A stretch of 64,000 nucleotides of DNA from contig JBJBDL010000003.1 in assembly GCA_047285305.1 (NCBI GenBank), positions 864,001 to 928,000 on the forward strand. The letters are read 5' to 3'. This document shows positions 62,606 to 64,000 of the stretch, in pieces. The translations under genes were made by a program, and so were the position numbers. Within the stretch, counting starts at the first letter, position 1; the number at the start of each line of letters is the position of its first letter. The DNA is from Synechococcus sp. (GTDB lineage: Bacteria; Cyanobacteriota; Cyanobacteriia; PCC-6307; Cyanobiaceae). A model generated the notes under the pieces. The model had not been told where the DNA came from, ran no database searches, and saw nothing but the letters and a program-made list of their open reading frames with translations.

Positions 62606-62663
62606 CTTGTGGTTGCTGATTTGTCAGCTGGAATTTCCAAGCTCGACTGCGCATCGCAATTGA

Positions 62664-63848
<1,185 letters not shown>

Positions 63849-63885
63849 AACCCTTGCTACGGTCGCGCCCGAAGGAAGTGATCTG

Positions 63886-64000
63886 ATGGCTGATTTACAA
63901 ACCCAGATGAAAAAGGCGGTGGCTGAAGCCGCCGTGGAACAGATCAAGGACGGCATGGTGCTGGGCTTGGGGTCAGGCTCCACCGCCGCCCTGATGATTC
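63886..64000 (+). CDS. rpiA: Ribose-5-phosphate isomerase A (5' part)
   Basis: [38 protein letters not shown]. Confidence 0.93.
   Translation, partial: MADLQTQMKKAVAEAAVEQIKDGMVLGLGSGSTAALMI

Overview
This is a mostly core-genome window of a high-GC marine picocyanobacterium. Intact kaiA, psbV, nblS and the gene order point to a marine Synechococcus; this is an inference. It holds housekeeping genes (rpoZ, murD, serA, prmA, petF, psbV, rnz, truB, rpmA-rplU, kaiABC, nblS, purD, purC, bamA-lpxC-fabZ-lpxA-lpxB-msrA, pepA, tyrS-pyrF, plsY, glgX, hup, gluQ, sdhCAB, rimP-nusA-ylxR-infB, an HtrA protease, the start of rpiA) and three tRNAs (Val-GAC, Gly-TCC, Thr-CGT). I found no CRISPR array, integrase or transposase. 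The interest lies in small elements, many below the 60-aa ORF-track cutoff. (1) A micro-protein islet at 31.6-34.0 kb has at least seven short ORFs, several with their own regulatory signal: a LexA-type box before a DUF3104 gene, an NtcA box plus a glutamine-II (Downstream-peptide) riboswitch before a DUF4278 gene, and a candidate convergent sRNA behind a hydrophobic 50-aa peptide. (2) An NblA-like helix-loop-helix ORF converges on a stand-alone Nif11-like micro-protein. (3) An HhH protein is coupled to a GIY-YIG nuclease carrying two QGDLF clamp-binding-like motifs. (4) A DnaA-box cluster lies away from any dnaA/dnaN gene. (5) bamA has AT-rich mosaic loops. (6) There are two gene relics. All family calls come from recognising motifs by eye; no database search was run.
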